Assembly (NCBI GenBank): GCA_965153455.1
Contig: OZ234493.1
Span: 22,496,213 to 22,560,212, forward strand
DNA: 64,000 nucleotides
Direction: 5' to 3'
Source: Sphagnum compactum
Taxonomy: Eukaryota
Below are positions 13,688 to 24,625 of the stretch, in pieces (the stretch's first letter is position 1; the number at the start of each line of letters is the position of its first letter). The position numbers were made by a program, and so were the translations under genes. Under the pieces are notes generated by a model. That model was given only the letters and a program-made list of their open reading frames with translations, made no database searches and was not told the origin of the DNA.

Positions 13688-14458
13688 TTTGCATTTTCCA
13701 TTGTTTCATGTTATTGTTTCTTCTATCACCTTACAAACCATAATTACTCTTTGTGGATTTTATGTTTGAGTTCTAACAACAAAAACTAAAGGTTGATTGA
13801 AGGACTAGTTTTTATACTTTCGTGCACTACATACCCATCCTTCAATGGAATCTTCATTAGTTCATCACAACCACTTTCAAAATGATGTAAAAGTAAATCA
13901 TTGGGCAAATGAAGAACATCTACAAGGGAAATTGTTGTGAAGACGTTGAAATTTAGGTTAATAATCCCAAGGTCGATATTTTGTCATGTGAACACTCATT
14001 GATATTTGCACATTGATGATTGATAGCATCACAAAACATTGTTGAAAGAAAAAAATGATAATATGCATAAAGCAATTACTCAAAATAATTTCATGAATTT
14101 CTTTGAAAAATCATCATGTTTTTATTTTGCATGTGATGTTTTTCCTAATTCAAAATTTCTCTTATTTCGATGAAAAGTCAATTTGTTTTCCTTTGTTAAA
14201 ATTATGTATTGTAGATTATCTTGTGCAATAAGCTTTTAGATATCCAAAAGTTGTGCAAAAGCCATAAGAAAACAAAGAAATTAAGAACAAGTCATTAGAA
14301 ATAGTTTGTTAACATGTCTTGCAAAAACTTGGCAATTGGGTCATTACACAACAAATGCATAAAAGCAAGAAATAATCTATTTTATCCTTATAACATAAAC
14401 AAAACAAAGTGTGATAATGGATTCTTTTGAATGGAATACAATTTTTACAACTTATATT

Positions 14459-16745
14459 CACTAGAAGAAAATTGTCATTTTGCAATTGTCGTATGCAACT
14501 AATTTTCAGTTGCATGCAACACATACAATTGTTAAATTCCATAGTTGCATAAGACAAGTTGCACACGATTAGCAGCTGTATATGATAGTATGTATGTGGA
14601 TAATATTTATGGTATGAAGTTATATTTATTTACATTATTCTACAAGGGTTGCCCATGGTGACACGTGTTCATTTGTGAAGTTCAATTATATGGGAACATG
14701 TGGCATTTAAACATTATTTCAATATTCATCATTATTCATAAATTAATAATATCTTGGCCATCCAATAAAATGTGAATTGGATTTTAATATGTGTCCATTT
14801 GTGAAGGCCAATTAGGTGGTGACATGTGGCAATTAAAAAGCCTATTGATTATTTATTTTTAATCAATTAGGTAAGTAGGCAGGCAAGTCATAGGTAGGTA
14901 GGGAGGAAGGTAGATAGGTAGGTTGTAGGTTGGTAGGGAGGTAGGGAAGTAGGTAGGTTTAGGTTTAAAATAATCTAATTTTGTTTTTGGGTTTAGCCTT
15001 TCGGGTTGAGCCTCTTTCATTGGCCCATCCCAAATGGCATTTGATACTTAGTTTGTGAACAAGTCAAATACACTTATTTGTATAGTGTGCAAACTGGGAA
15101 TTCATGGTAAAAAATATGGGATAAAAATTTTTAGTTGCAAGTGCAACCAATATAGTTGCAATTTACATGCAAATAATCATATTAACCTAGTTTACCTACT
15201 ATCTAAATTAATTATACTATAAGTATTAAAACTTAATAGGTAATAATAATATAATATAATGTAAATATTTATAATTATAATAACATTTCAATAGTTATGA
15301 TTACTTATAATAATGAATGATTAATAATATTATATTATTATTGCTTAATTTTAATTAATAGATAAATTAGGTTCGTAATTAACCTAGGTTAGAGTACTTA
15401 TAGGAAAATTAATGTAGCTTATTAGCCATAAATATATTACCATAATTAAAATTATAGTTAAAATTAAAATTGTAGTTATTGAATAATAATAATAATAATA
15501 ATAGTATATAATAAATATCAAAATTAATTATAATATTTATAAATAATTAATAATATTATAATATTATTACATAGCCTAGGTTAAAAATTTGTAAATTAGC
15601 ATGTATAACCTACTAGACATAGGTATATTATCATAATTAATAACAATGTAATAATATTAAAATAATAATATTGAAGAATAAAAATGATATTATTATTTAA
15701 AATAATAATAATAATAAATATTGAATAATAATAGTCAAGTCATTAATAAGTAATAATATTAGTAATTATAAGTATAATCATAGTTTTTTAAAATCATTAT
15801 ATCTGATTAACTGTAATGATTAATAATATAATAAAATATTTTGGGCTAAAATAATTTTGATTAAATTAACCACATGGCTAAATTAATTTTGATTAAATGA
15901 ATTTTGGTTAAATTAACCATGACTAAAAAAATTACAAGAGTAAATTAATGATGGATAAAATAAATTTTTATAAAATAATTAAGAATTTAAATGAAAATTT
16001 TGAAATTAATTTTGGGTCAACTAACCATAGTTAAATTAACTACAAGGTTATATTACTAATTAAATTAGCCATGTTTAATTTAGCCATGTTAGTTTAGCCA
16101 TTATTAATTTAATTTAGCCTCTTAGCTAATTAAGTTTTAAAGTTAGTTTAGCCAACATTACTTTAGCCAAAGTTAATTTAGCCTCATAATCAGTTAACCA
16201 AAAATAGTTTAGCTATGGTTAGTTTAATCAAAGTTAATTTAACTTCATAAGTAATGTTGCCATGGTTAGTTTAGCCTTATAATTGGTTTATTCAAAAGTA
16301 GTTTATCCAAAATTAGTTTAGCCTTATAGTTAGTTTTGTCATGGTTAGTTTAACCAAATTTAGCCTCATAATTAATTTAGACAAAATTAGTTTAGCCATG
16401 GTTAGTTTATTCAAAGTTAATTTGATTTTATAGTTAGTTTTGTCATAATTAGTTTAGCGAAAGTTAATTTAGTCATGGCTAGTTTAACTTTGATTGATGT
16501 GAATTTGGCCTAGATTTAACCAATGTTTTGCCTTGGGTAACATTAATTAACATGAGTTTAGCCTTAATACTAAAGCTATAAGACTATTATACATAGCCTA
16601 GGTAAATATATTTAGTATATTAATGTAGGTATGTATTAGCTTAGGTCATGATTTTTATGACACGTGTTCATTTTGTACACTACTAGTTGCATGTTAGCTG
16701 CACACACAATCAATGTATTTGCAAACGATAGGATTTTTAGTAGTG
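14459..16745. mobile_element. Non-autonomous CACTA (En/Spm) DNA transposon, 2287 bp
   Basis: Begins CACTAGAAGAAAATTGTCATTTTGCAA and ends TTGCAAACGATAGGATTTTTAGTAGTG (imperfect TIR, CACTA..TAGTG). Flanked by an identical 3-bp ATT at 14456-14458 and 16746-16748. Subterminal GTTGCA/TGCAAC motifs at both ends; no transposase ORF. Confidence 0.8.
15830..16565. repeat. Degenerate AT-rich short-unit array inside the CACTA element, with an orientation switch near 16070
   Basis: The left part carries TAAATTAACCATG / AACTAACCATAG units. The right part carries the complementary CATGGTTAGTTTA / TTAGTTTAGCC units. Confidence 0.6.
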
Positions 16746-17550
16746 ATTATAGGTGATAAGACATTTTGTACTATAGCCCTATGGAATGCAAATTGAAACA
16801 TGAACTTCATCCACTAATTGTAAATTATGAATGTTCATGAATGAACTTTTAGAGTCTTTTGCATGATCATATCAACATGGCTATGTTTAGGGTGATAGAA
16901 ACAAAGGTGTATTAATACATGAATCCGTGCCATCATATTTACATTTCTTTTATTTATGTATAATTGCATTTTATGTTATCTCATTTACTTTGTACATAAC
17001 AATTTGTGTTTCTTGACATAAAACTTTGTGCTATTATGTGTTATGAGTGATGATCTATTGATCAATTGATGTAAAAAGTGATTATCTCGAAAATTTAGTT
17101 CCATGTTTGAATGAAAATACTTCATAACATTGCATGCAACTTAAATTGAATTGAAATTGAATTTAATCAAATTTAGATTTAATTAACTTAAGATTCAATT
17201 TAGGAGAAATGAGATGAAATTGATGGATAAGGTATTGAAAGTTTACTTGTGAATATGGTGTTGGAAGAAAAAAACTCAAAAAATACATAGACCTGAAAAA
17301 ACACTTTTCCATGCCTCTTTACTTGGGAACAGGCTGAATAAATTGCATTGTGAAATTGTCCAAGTGACGACTTATGATTTATTGAACCTAAAGTTGTTGT
17401 ACCTAAATCAACTCTAATGAATCCATTAAACCGTAGTTGCATGTGAATGAAATAAATTGAGATGTGTAATAATGTAGTAAAAAAAAAAAGAAATATCAAA
17501 ATGAAATAGAAACTAAATAAATAAATAAACGCATAAAATAGGAAAAAATG

Positions 17551-17660
17551 AACATTACATATAGTAAAGGAACAATGGTACCGACAATGAAGCCGCCCCT
17601 GAATTCGCCCGAACCATCATCCGTCCCGTCATCCATCCGGATGGATGAAATCCGTCTATT
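17551..17660 (+). repeat. Dispersed repeat fragment (CATCCGTCCCGTCATCC family), related to 50163-50472
   Basis: Shares ACATTA(C/T)ATATAGTAAAGGA, TGAAGC and ATCCGTCCCGTCATCC..CCGGATGGA, in the same order, with the copy at ~50163. Confidence 0.6.
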
Positions 17661-19125
17661 TACAACAACAAGAGCTGCAGCAGCAGGAATAGCAATAGTA
17701 GGAGCGATGGCGGCGGTTGTGAATGAAGCCTACCCTGAAGCCGGACGAACAGTGGCCACGGATAGTAGCTAAAAAAAATGTACTCTTGGTACATAGTTAT
17801 GGGCCTCAAAATAATGACAAAGTCAAAAAACTGGTAGTTCTTCCACGAAAACCATGAGCTCGGCAAGGTTGTTGAAATGAAAGAAACCGACGGTTCTTTC
17901 GTTCCTGTTGGGTTCTTAAGAACCGGAATCGAAAGGTTAAAGAACTGGAGTTGGAAATGTGAAGGACCGGGCCGAAGGGATCGACGGGTTAAAGACCCGA
18001 AGTGGGAAATGCGAAGGATCGGGCGGGGGGGCTTGAAAAAAGGTGTCCTTTAATTTGTTGTGTAAGATATAATTGGCCCTTTTCACCTTATAAGAACCAA
18101 AAGCTAAATGCCTAGTTTTTATTAATTAATTAAATTTAATTAATGTCTAGTTTATCAACTAAAAAACATGAGTGAATGATTGTTCAAAAACCCAAGGCCA
18201 ACTAAGTGGGCTCTTTAACCCTAAAAAATGGTGACACATAGTTTGTCATCCAAAAAGTTGATTGAATTATTCATCACCACATAACTTGGTACAATTTCAA
18301 TTAAAAAATATAGGTCATAAATATAATAAACATTAATGATAAGAGTGTAATAATAATAATAATAATGAGTAAATAAATAAATAAATATTTCATGGTGCCA
18401 AAATGTCACTTTGTTTTGTCTCATTAGACAAGAAAATTGAATTGAGGCACAACCCTATTTTTAGTACCCTATTTTCTAAAAATTCTTTTATCATGACTCT
18501 TGTCATTCACTTATTGGCTACTTACTGCTACTCATGATTAAATTTCATCCCTCCCCCCCCCTTTCCCCAAAAAAAAAAAAAAATCCTCATCCATCCAACT
18601 CCCTCCCCTCCACCAAATGGGGAGGGGGTTGTGTCAGGTAAAGATTCATCCAAAACAGGACAACAAAGTGATGATGAGGATGAGGATGATGAGGATGAGG
18701 AAGAAAGGGGCACAGATGATAATGAGGTAATAAATGACTGGTCCCCACAAAGAAAAGAAAAGGGAAAGAAAGAAACACATGAGGGTGGACCAATCTGATA
18801 TTGCCACACATGGATGAATTTCATCCATCATCCAAACCATATGGGTTTTCAGCATGCTGGTTGGTGTTTTGTGTGTGTGTGTGTGTGTGTGTTTTTGTGG
18901 GTATTTTTATGTGTGTTTTTGTTGTTGTTGTTGGAAGTTTTGCTGTTGCATGCTTTCACATGATTGCTGTCCTTGGTGGGTTGTTGAGCTCCCCATTGCT
19001 TTCTTGTTCTTGTTCTTGTTCTTGCCTCTTGCAAACCCATTTTCCTTTTCCATCTGTTTTCTGTGCAAAAATCCTCTCTTGACTCACTTGCCAAGACTTC
19101 CAAGTTTGTGTCTTTTTCTGTTGTG

Positions 19126-19128
<3 letters not shown>

Positions 19129-19160
<32 letters not shown>
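19129..19160 (+). repeat. (GA)16 microsatellite in the 5' region of the glycosyltransferase gene
   Basis: Perfect dinucleotide run. (GT)n and (GAA)n runs lie nearby. Confidence 0.8.
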
Positions 19161-19163
<3 letters not shown>

Positions 19164-19981
19164 GGATCCGGAAGGAGGAAAAAGAGAGAGACAGAGACAG
19201 AAACACATAGATTGCCATTTGGAGGGAAGAAGAAAAGAGGAAGAGGAAGAAGAAGAGAATTGGATTGTTTTTTGGTAGGGGGGAGGGGGGTTGGTTTTTT
19301 TGGTTTGGATTTTTGGTTGGGATCTTTTGCATTCTCTAGAGCATTTTATCTTTTAGATCAGTTAGTTGTATTGGGTGTCCAGATTTTGGAATTTTTTTTC
19401 CTGCAGCAGCACCTTCATCCCTCCTCCTCAGTTCCAATTTTGGAGCTTCTTGGAGCATTGACCATTTGGTTAATCCCTCCTCACCCCCCACCCCATTTGT
19501 TTTTTCCCCCCCTTTTGCAAATCGTTTTTCTCCTGAATCTCTTTTTTCATCTTGGTGTGTTTTGGAGAATTTCAGAGCTAAGCCCTTTGTAGACTTCCTC
19601 CTGAATCTCTTTTTGTTGCGATTTTGGAGAATTTCAGACCACAGTCCCGTTGAACCTTTCTTTGGTGCAGAGCTTTACCAGTATGACATGTCTGTAGCAG
19701 TTCTTGCAACCCATTCCTGGTTTCTCCTCTCAGCATCTTGGTTCAGTTTCCAGGTCTTGTTGTTGAGCATGAGATCCAGTGTATCTGTTTCTCTCTTTTG
19801 TGGGTTGTTCTCAAAAGAAGTCCCACCTTACCAAGCTCACTGGGGAGCTTGCAGCCTTTTCTTCTAAGAATCTGGGCACACACTGATCCACTTCTTTTCT
19901 TTCTTGTGGTAACTCCCGACTTTTCTTTTGGGTATTTCATGCAAACATTCGCAGACCAGCCGGTGGTAGTCTCCCCACACC

Positions 19982-22900
19982 ATGCCTGGATCAGGGCAGG
20001 GCTTGTCTCCAGCTCCAAGTTTCCGGGTAAGGAAGAGGATCATCATGGGTGCAAGGGGCTGCTTCATTGGAGTGGCAGCTGCTTTGCTGCTGTTTGTGAT
20101 GACAGGGTATCACATGGTCATCTGCAGATTCCCTGGCACACACAAATTGGAAGCTGAGAATTTCTCAAGATTGCTGGTGCCATCGTCGTCATCATCATCA
20201 TCAGCTGCAAAACCCCAAGTGGTAACTTCTGCCCAAATTGGTGCTACCCAAAAACTTGGATCTGTGGCAGCGATGGTGTCCAATCTCCAGGTCAAGAATG
20301 CAAGGATTCAATTCTGTGACCAGCAGCAGCAGCAGAATTGCAATGTCTCCGATCTGGCTTATTATAATACAGTTCCACATCATCAGCAACCACTGGCACG
20401 AGCTGTGATGCGAAACAAGCTTGCGGAAAAATTCAAGGAAAGAGCAAGAAGAAGCCCACAAGTCAGGGTTCAGGAATTGGAGGACCCCAATTTGGTGAGC
20501 AAGAAATTTGGGATGGTGATCAAGGTACTGGCATTCAACAGATTGGAGTCTTTGATCAGGTGTCTTACATCCTTGGCCAATGCAGACTATGGCGGTGACA
20601 CCGTGAAGCTCCATATTTTTGTTGACCATTTTAGGTTTAAAAGCTCTGAATTGGATCCCTCTACAGAAGAAGAAGAAGAAGAAGAAGAAGAAGAAGAAGA
20701 TGATTCAACACCTGAAGAAGGTGGTGGTGGTGGTGCAGGCAAAAGACACAAACTTTTGTCTCATGAGTCTCATGGACTCAGGCCTGTCAGTGCAGGAGGA
20801 GCTCCCTTGCAGCAAGGGAAGGAGCCACCACTTGATTCCGGGAGGAGGACTAAGAATTTTCGCAGCACTAGAAGGGACCAGAAGCAAGAGTTTCTGGTGA
20901 AGACTGGCACAAAGGGTGTTGTAGCTAATGATGGAGACATGGAAATGGGTGCATATGGAAATGCAAAGAACAAGGAAGAAGATGAAATAGTAGATCGTAG
21001 TGGGACAGAACATGGATGGATGCAGGAAGAAAATGCTGACAAAGTTGGTGGAGATCATCTGCATATGGGTCCCATCCTCTCCCCCATGTCGGCAATAGAT
21101 GAGGCCGCCAAGAGGAAGAATTTCACAGAAGAAACAATGGTGGAAGGTACTAATCTTGCAGGAGCACTAGATTCTCCAAAGTTGCCTTTGAAAGAGTTGA
21201 AAGATTCTTCTTCCGGAGATGACAAGGAGGATGATTCAGTGGACAATGCAGATGTCTCGTTCCCACCAGAGCTTGAATCCAAGACTTCTGTTGACGCTGA
21301 CTTGAAGGAAGCACATGAGATTCTGATGTATGTAGATGGGTTCAAATGGCAACATGGTCCAAAGGAGGTTCATTACCGAAGCAAGAAGTTGGGGCTACAA
21401 GGACAGTGGATAGAAGCGTGGTGGCCATCGAATGATGATGAGTTTGCCTTCATTGTTGAGGATGATGTGGAGCTTTCTCGGCTCTTTTACCGCTACCTTC
21501 GAGGTGTAGTATCCACCTACTATTACAAACCTCAGAATTACGATCCATCAATCTATGGAGTGTCTCTCCAGTGTCCACAGCTGGTTCCCAGCGAGGGTGG
21601 GTTGCCCCTTGTAGTCAATGCAACTGGAAATCTGTTTCTGTATCAGATGGTCGGGACATGGGGTCAGTTGCTTTTTCCAAGGCCATGGAAGGAGTTCCGC
21701 ATTTGGTATGATAAATGCAAAAGCAAGGATATGAGACCATTTCTTGGAGGGATGGTTACAAATACATGGTACAACACGCAACTGGGAGAGCAGATGTGGA
21801 CTCCCTGGTTTGTGAAGTTTGTACATTCACGAGGCTACTTCAACCTCTACACAAAGCTGCTGAGTGACCAGGCACTTAGCATCTCGCACAGGGACCATGG
21901 TGGTGATGGTGGTGGTGGTGGTGGTCATGTGAATGCCAGCATTAAATCTGCTGCTGCTGAGCCAAACTTGAAGCTGATCTCTGTCGATGAGGCAATCAAC
22001 ATCAGCCTGTGGGAGATGGAACCATTGAAGCTGATAAAATGGTATGATTATTGTTTCAGGGAAGTTAAAGTCGGGAGGATTGCAAACACAGTGGCAGAGC
22101 TTGCTGGTATTCTTAGCTTGGTTGAGGTGAACAAAACTGTCCTCATAGTGAATGCAGTTCATGTGCAAGGGTGGGTTGTGCGGAATTGGCTGTGTCAGAT
22201 GCAGAGTTTGGGTTTAAGAAATTTTGTTCTTCTTGGGGATGATAGACCGTTTGTAAGGGATATGGTGAGGCGAGGACATGCAGTGGTGATTCTTTCTTCT
22301 GCACTTTTGACAGAGTTACTAGGTCAGGAGATTTCGGGAATTGATATCATCAGAGAGGATGATTCGAGACAGGATTTGATCACCATGCAAGTGGTGGATG
22401 CTGTGCTCCATTTGGGTTACAGAGTGTGGCTCACAAGGGCAGATGCAATATGGGTGCACAATTTACTGAGTTTGTTTGCCAATAAAATGGAACAATTGAA
22501 AGTGGATGTTGCTGGAATAGAGCTCACAAGAGATCATCATAGATTCCATCCAAGCCTTTTGTATATTTCAAACTCCAATGCTACAGTACACCTTTGGGGC
22601 AAGCTGGTGAATGACTTCCTACAGGCAGCCAAATCAGATGCTCCTGATCCTGATCTTGGACAAGTGCGGATTATGCAAGGGGAGTCGGCTTTGTGGTGGA
22701 AGTTCCTGATCATGAGTCTCAAGTCGGAGGCAGATTTTGGATACAGAGATCTGAGTACAATGCTAGTGCAGCCAGATCTGATGATTATAGGGCTTGATGA
22801 CTTGCCACCTAACAGACGTGTAGCTATGAACACATCAATGACCAATACCCACATTGTGTTGCTCGATGGAGTTGCAAGGAGGAAACCGTCAGATGTAATC

Positions 22901-22984
22901 CAGAGACTAAACGCAGCAGGTCTTTGGTTAATTGACAAAGAGCTGTCTTGCAAACACATTCACTGCCAGCCAAAGCTCCAATGA
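19982..22984 (+). CDS. Type II membrane glycosyltransferase, 1000 aa, single exon. N-terminal GT-A domain (At5g12260-like plant family) plus a C-terminal nucleotide-diphospho-sugar transferase-like (GT77-like) domain
   Basis: Transmembrane segment CFIGVAAALLLFVMTGY. Family motifs IKVLAFNRLESLIRCL, LHIFVDH, GLQGQWIEAWWP, FIVEDD, LYQMVGTWGQL and WTPWFVKFVHSRGY. The C-terminal domain shows NWLCQ..GLRNFVLLG and LHLGYRVWLTRADAIW. Open frame of 3003 nt. Confidence 0.85.
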   Translation: MPGSGQGLSPAPSFRVRKRIIMGARGCFIGVAAALLLFVMTGYHMVICRFPGTHKLEAENFSRLLVPSSSSSSSAAKPQVVTSAQIGATQKLGSVAAMVSNLQVKNARIQFCDQQQQQNCNVSDLAYYNTVPHHQQPLARAVMRNKLAEKFKERARRSPQVRVQELEDPNLVSKKFGMVIKVLAFNRLESLIRCLTSLANADYGGDTVKLHIFVDHFRFKSSELDPSTEEEEEEEEEEEDDSTPEEGGGGGAGKRHKLLSHESHGLRPVSAGGAPLQQGKEPPLDSGRRTKNFRSTRRDQKQEFLVKTGTKGVVANDGDMEMGAYGNAKNKEEDEIVDRSGTEHGWMQEENADKVGGDHLHMGPILSPMSAIDEAAKRKNFTEETMVEGTNLAGALDSPKLPLKELKDSSSGDDKEDDSVDNADVSFPPELESKTSVDADLKEAHEILMYVDGFKWQHGPKEVHYRSKKLGLQGQWIEAWWPSNDDEFAFIVEDDVELSRLFYRYLRGVVSTYYYKPQNYDPSIYGVSLQCPQLVPSEGGLPLVVNATGNLFLYQMVGTWGQLLFPRPWKEFRIWYDKCKSKDMRPFLGGMVTNTWYNTQLGEQMWTPWFVKFVHSRGYFNLYTKLLSDQALSISHRDHGGDGGGGGGHVNASIKSAAAEPNLKLISVDEAINISLWEMEPLKLIKWYDYCFREVKVGRIANTVAELAGILSLVEVNKTVLIVNAVHVQGWVVRNWLCQMQSLGLRNFVLLGDDRPFVRDMVRRGHAVVILSSALLTELLGQEISGIDIIREDDSRQDLITMQVVDAVLHLGYRVWLTRADAIWVHNLLSLFANKMEQLKVDVAGIELTRDHHRFHPSLLYISNSNATVHLWGKLVNDFLQAAKSDAPDPDLGQVRIMQGESALWWKFLIMSLKSEADFGYRDLSTMLVQPDLMIIGLDDLPPNRRVAMNTSMTNTHIVLLDGVARRKPSDVIQRLNAAGLWLIDKELSCKHIHCQPKLQ

Positions 22985-23909
22985 AAAGCTAAGTGAGGCT
23001 GCATTCTATAGACTTTTGGCTTTCATGATTTGCTGGAAAACACATAGTATTCTCTCTAGACCTTAAAAATACTTAAAATGGGGACCAAGCAGCCGATTCG
23101 TCATTGACTGTCCTTTGATGGGAAAAAAAAAACCAGGTTAGGAAAAAGAAAACTCTTTGGCTTGGACCCTATACAATTTGACACGCTCAAAAGCTTTTAG
23201 TAGTGACCCATCACCACCATCTAACATATTTTAGATGGTTTTCAGGCTCACATAGATGAGGATGCCGAAAGTCAAAATGGGTTCTCCATTTTAACATTTG
23301 AAAAACAACATTAGGAATTGTACAAAAGGAATTAAATTCAAGATGTGAGTGGGTGTTCTAGGTTTCACTCTCAAAGAGTAAAGATTTTTACTTACTACTG
23401 CTCATGGCAATTGTAGTAGAGTTGTGGAATTTGGGTGCATCTTCTAGATTGGAAGTTGAAACGTAGCAACTTTTTCTTGATCACCAATGTAGTACAAAAG
23501 ATTTGAGAGAAGAAGAAGAAGAAGGATGATTGTAGCCATTGCAATTGATTCATTTGTTGGTGGGATTGTTACTAATTATTGCAGAGCTCATTTTTCAGTG
23601 TGCTGATACTAACTTGTGGATATCAAGACTAGTTCCAATGCATTTGCCCTAATTGTATACAAGTGTTTTGTGTCTCTAAGATTTTTGAGGGAAACATTCA
23701 TTGACATGGCATATTTGTTGAATTGATGGTTCAAGAAATGCAATGGTGAATCAACTCGCAACTCCATTAAAGTTTTTGTCAAAAATAATGATAAGGGCTA
23801 GAATTGAAGGAATATATGTATTCATATATATCTATCTATCTATCTATATATATATATATGATTTCAAATGTTATTATTATAATATGTAAATTTCTTTGCA
23901 TCATATCTT

Positions 23910-24625
23910 AAGCTCTAAACCCTTGTCATGAAATCTATCCCTACCACAATTTCATATTTTTATCCATGATAACACAATTTAGACCTTAAACCTTCTTCAC
24001 CATACCCTACACCTTTACCTCTTAACCCTTGCATACACATGTCTTTTGCAACCTTATCCTTAACTCCCTACCCATTTTCACCATACATTAAACTTATGCT
24101 TTAAACCTTAAGCCCTTGTCACCATACCCATACTTTAGGCAACCTTTGTCCTTATCTATAACTCCATACTTTAATCCTTAAAACTTGTTCATCATATCTT
24201 AACCTAAGCTTTCAACCTTGTCACAATATCCATTCCCTTGACAACTTTATTTTTTATTCCAACTCCATGCCCTAGTCTTTTAAACATGTTCATCATACCT
24301 TAAACCTAACCCTTTAACCTCTATCACAATACCCATACCTTATACAACCTTACTTTTCATTCTAATTCCATACTCGAGACTAATTTCCTTTTCCACCATA
24401 TCTTAAGTTTGAAACCCTATCATCATACCCCTATTATAGAGAACCTTTTCCATTATTTTTAGCTCCATACTTCAATCCATGAACTCACAAACTTAAATCA
24501 TAAAATCATATTTTGCAATGTTTAAAGTTCAAACCTTAAATCCTTTGTTAGCAACTCCATATTTTAGACCTTAGAATTTTTTCCATCATCCTTTGCATCT
24601 AAAATTGTAAACCTTTGTCACCAAT
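23910..24625. repeat. Degenerate direct-repeat region (AAACCCTTGTCACCATACCC / AACTCCATAC units)
   Basis: Recurrent AAACC(C/T)TT(G/C)TCACCATA(C/T)C, CAACCTT and CTCCATAC blocks at roughly 60-120 bp spacing. No ORF. Confidence 0.5.

Noticed and set aside
18528..19980. Multiple 70-140 aa ORFs upstream of the glycosyltransferase
   Set aside because: They are products of GA, GT, GAT and GAA microsatellites and 5' UTR low complexity, with no domain signal.
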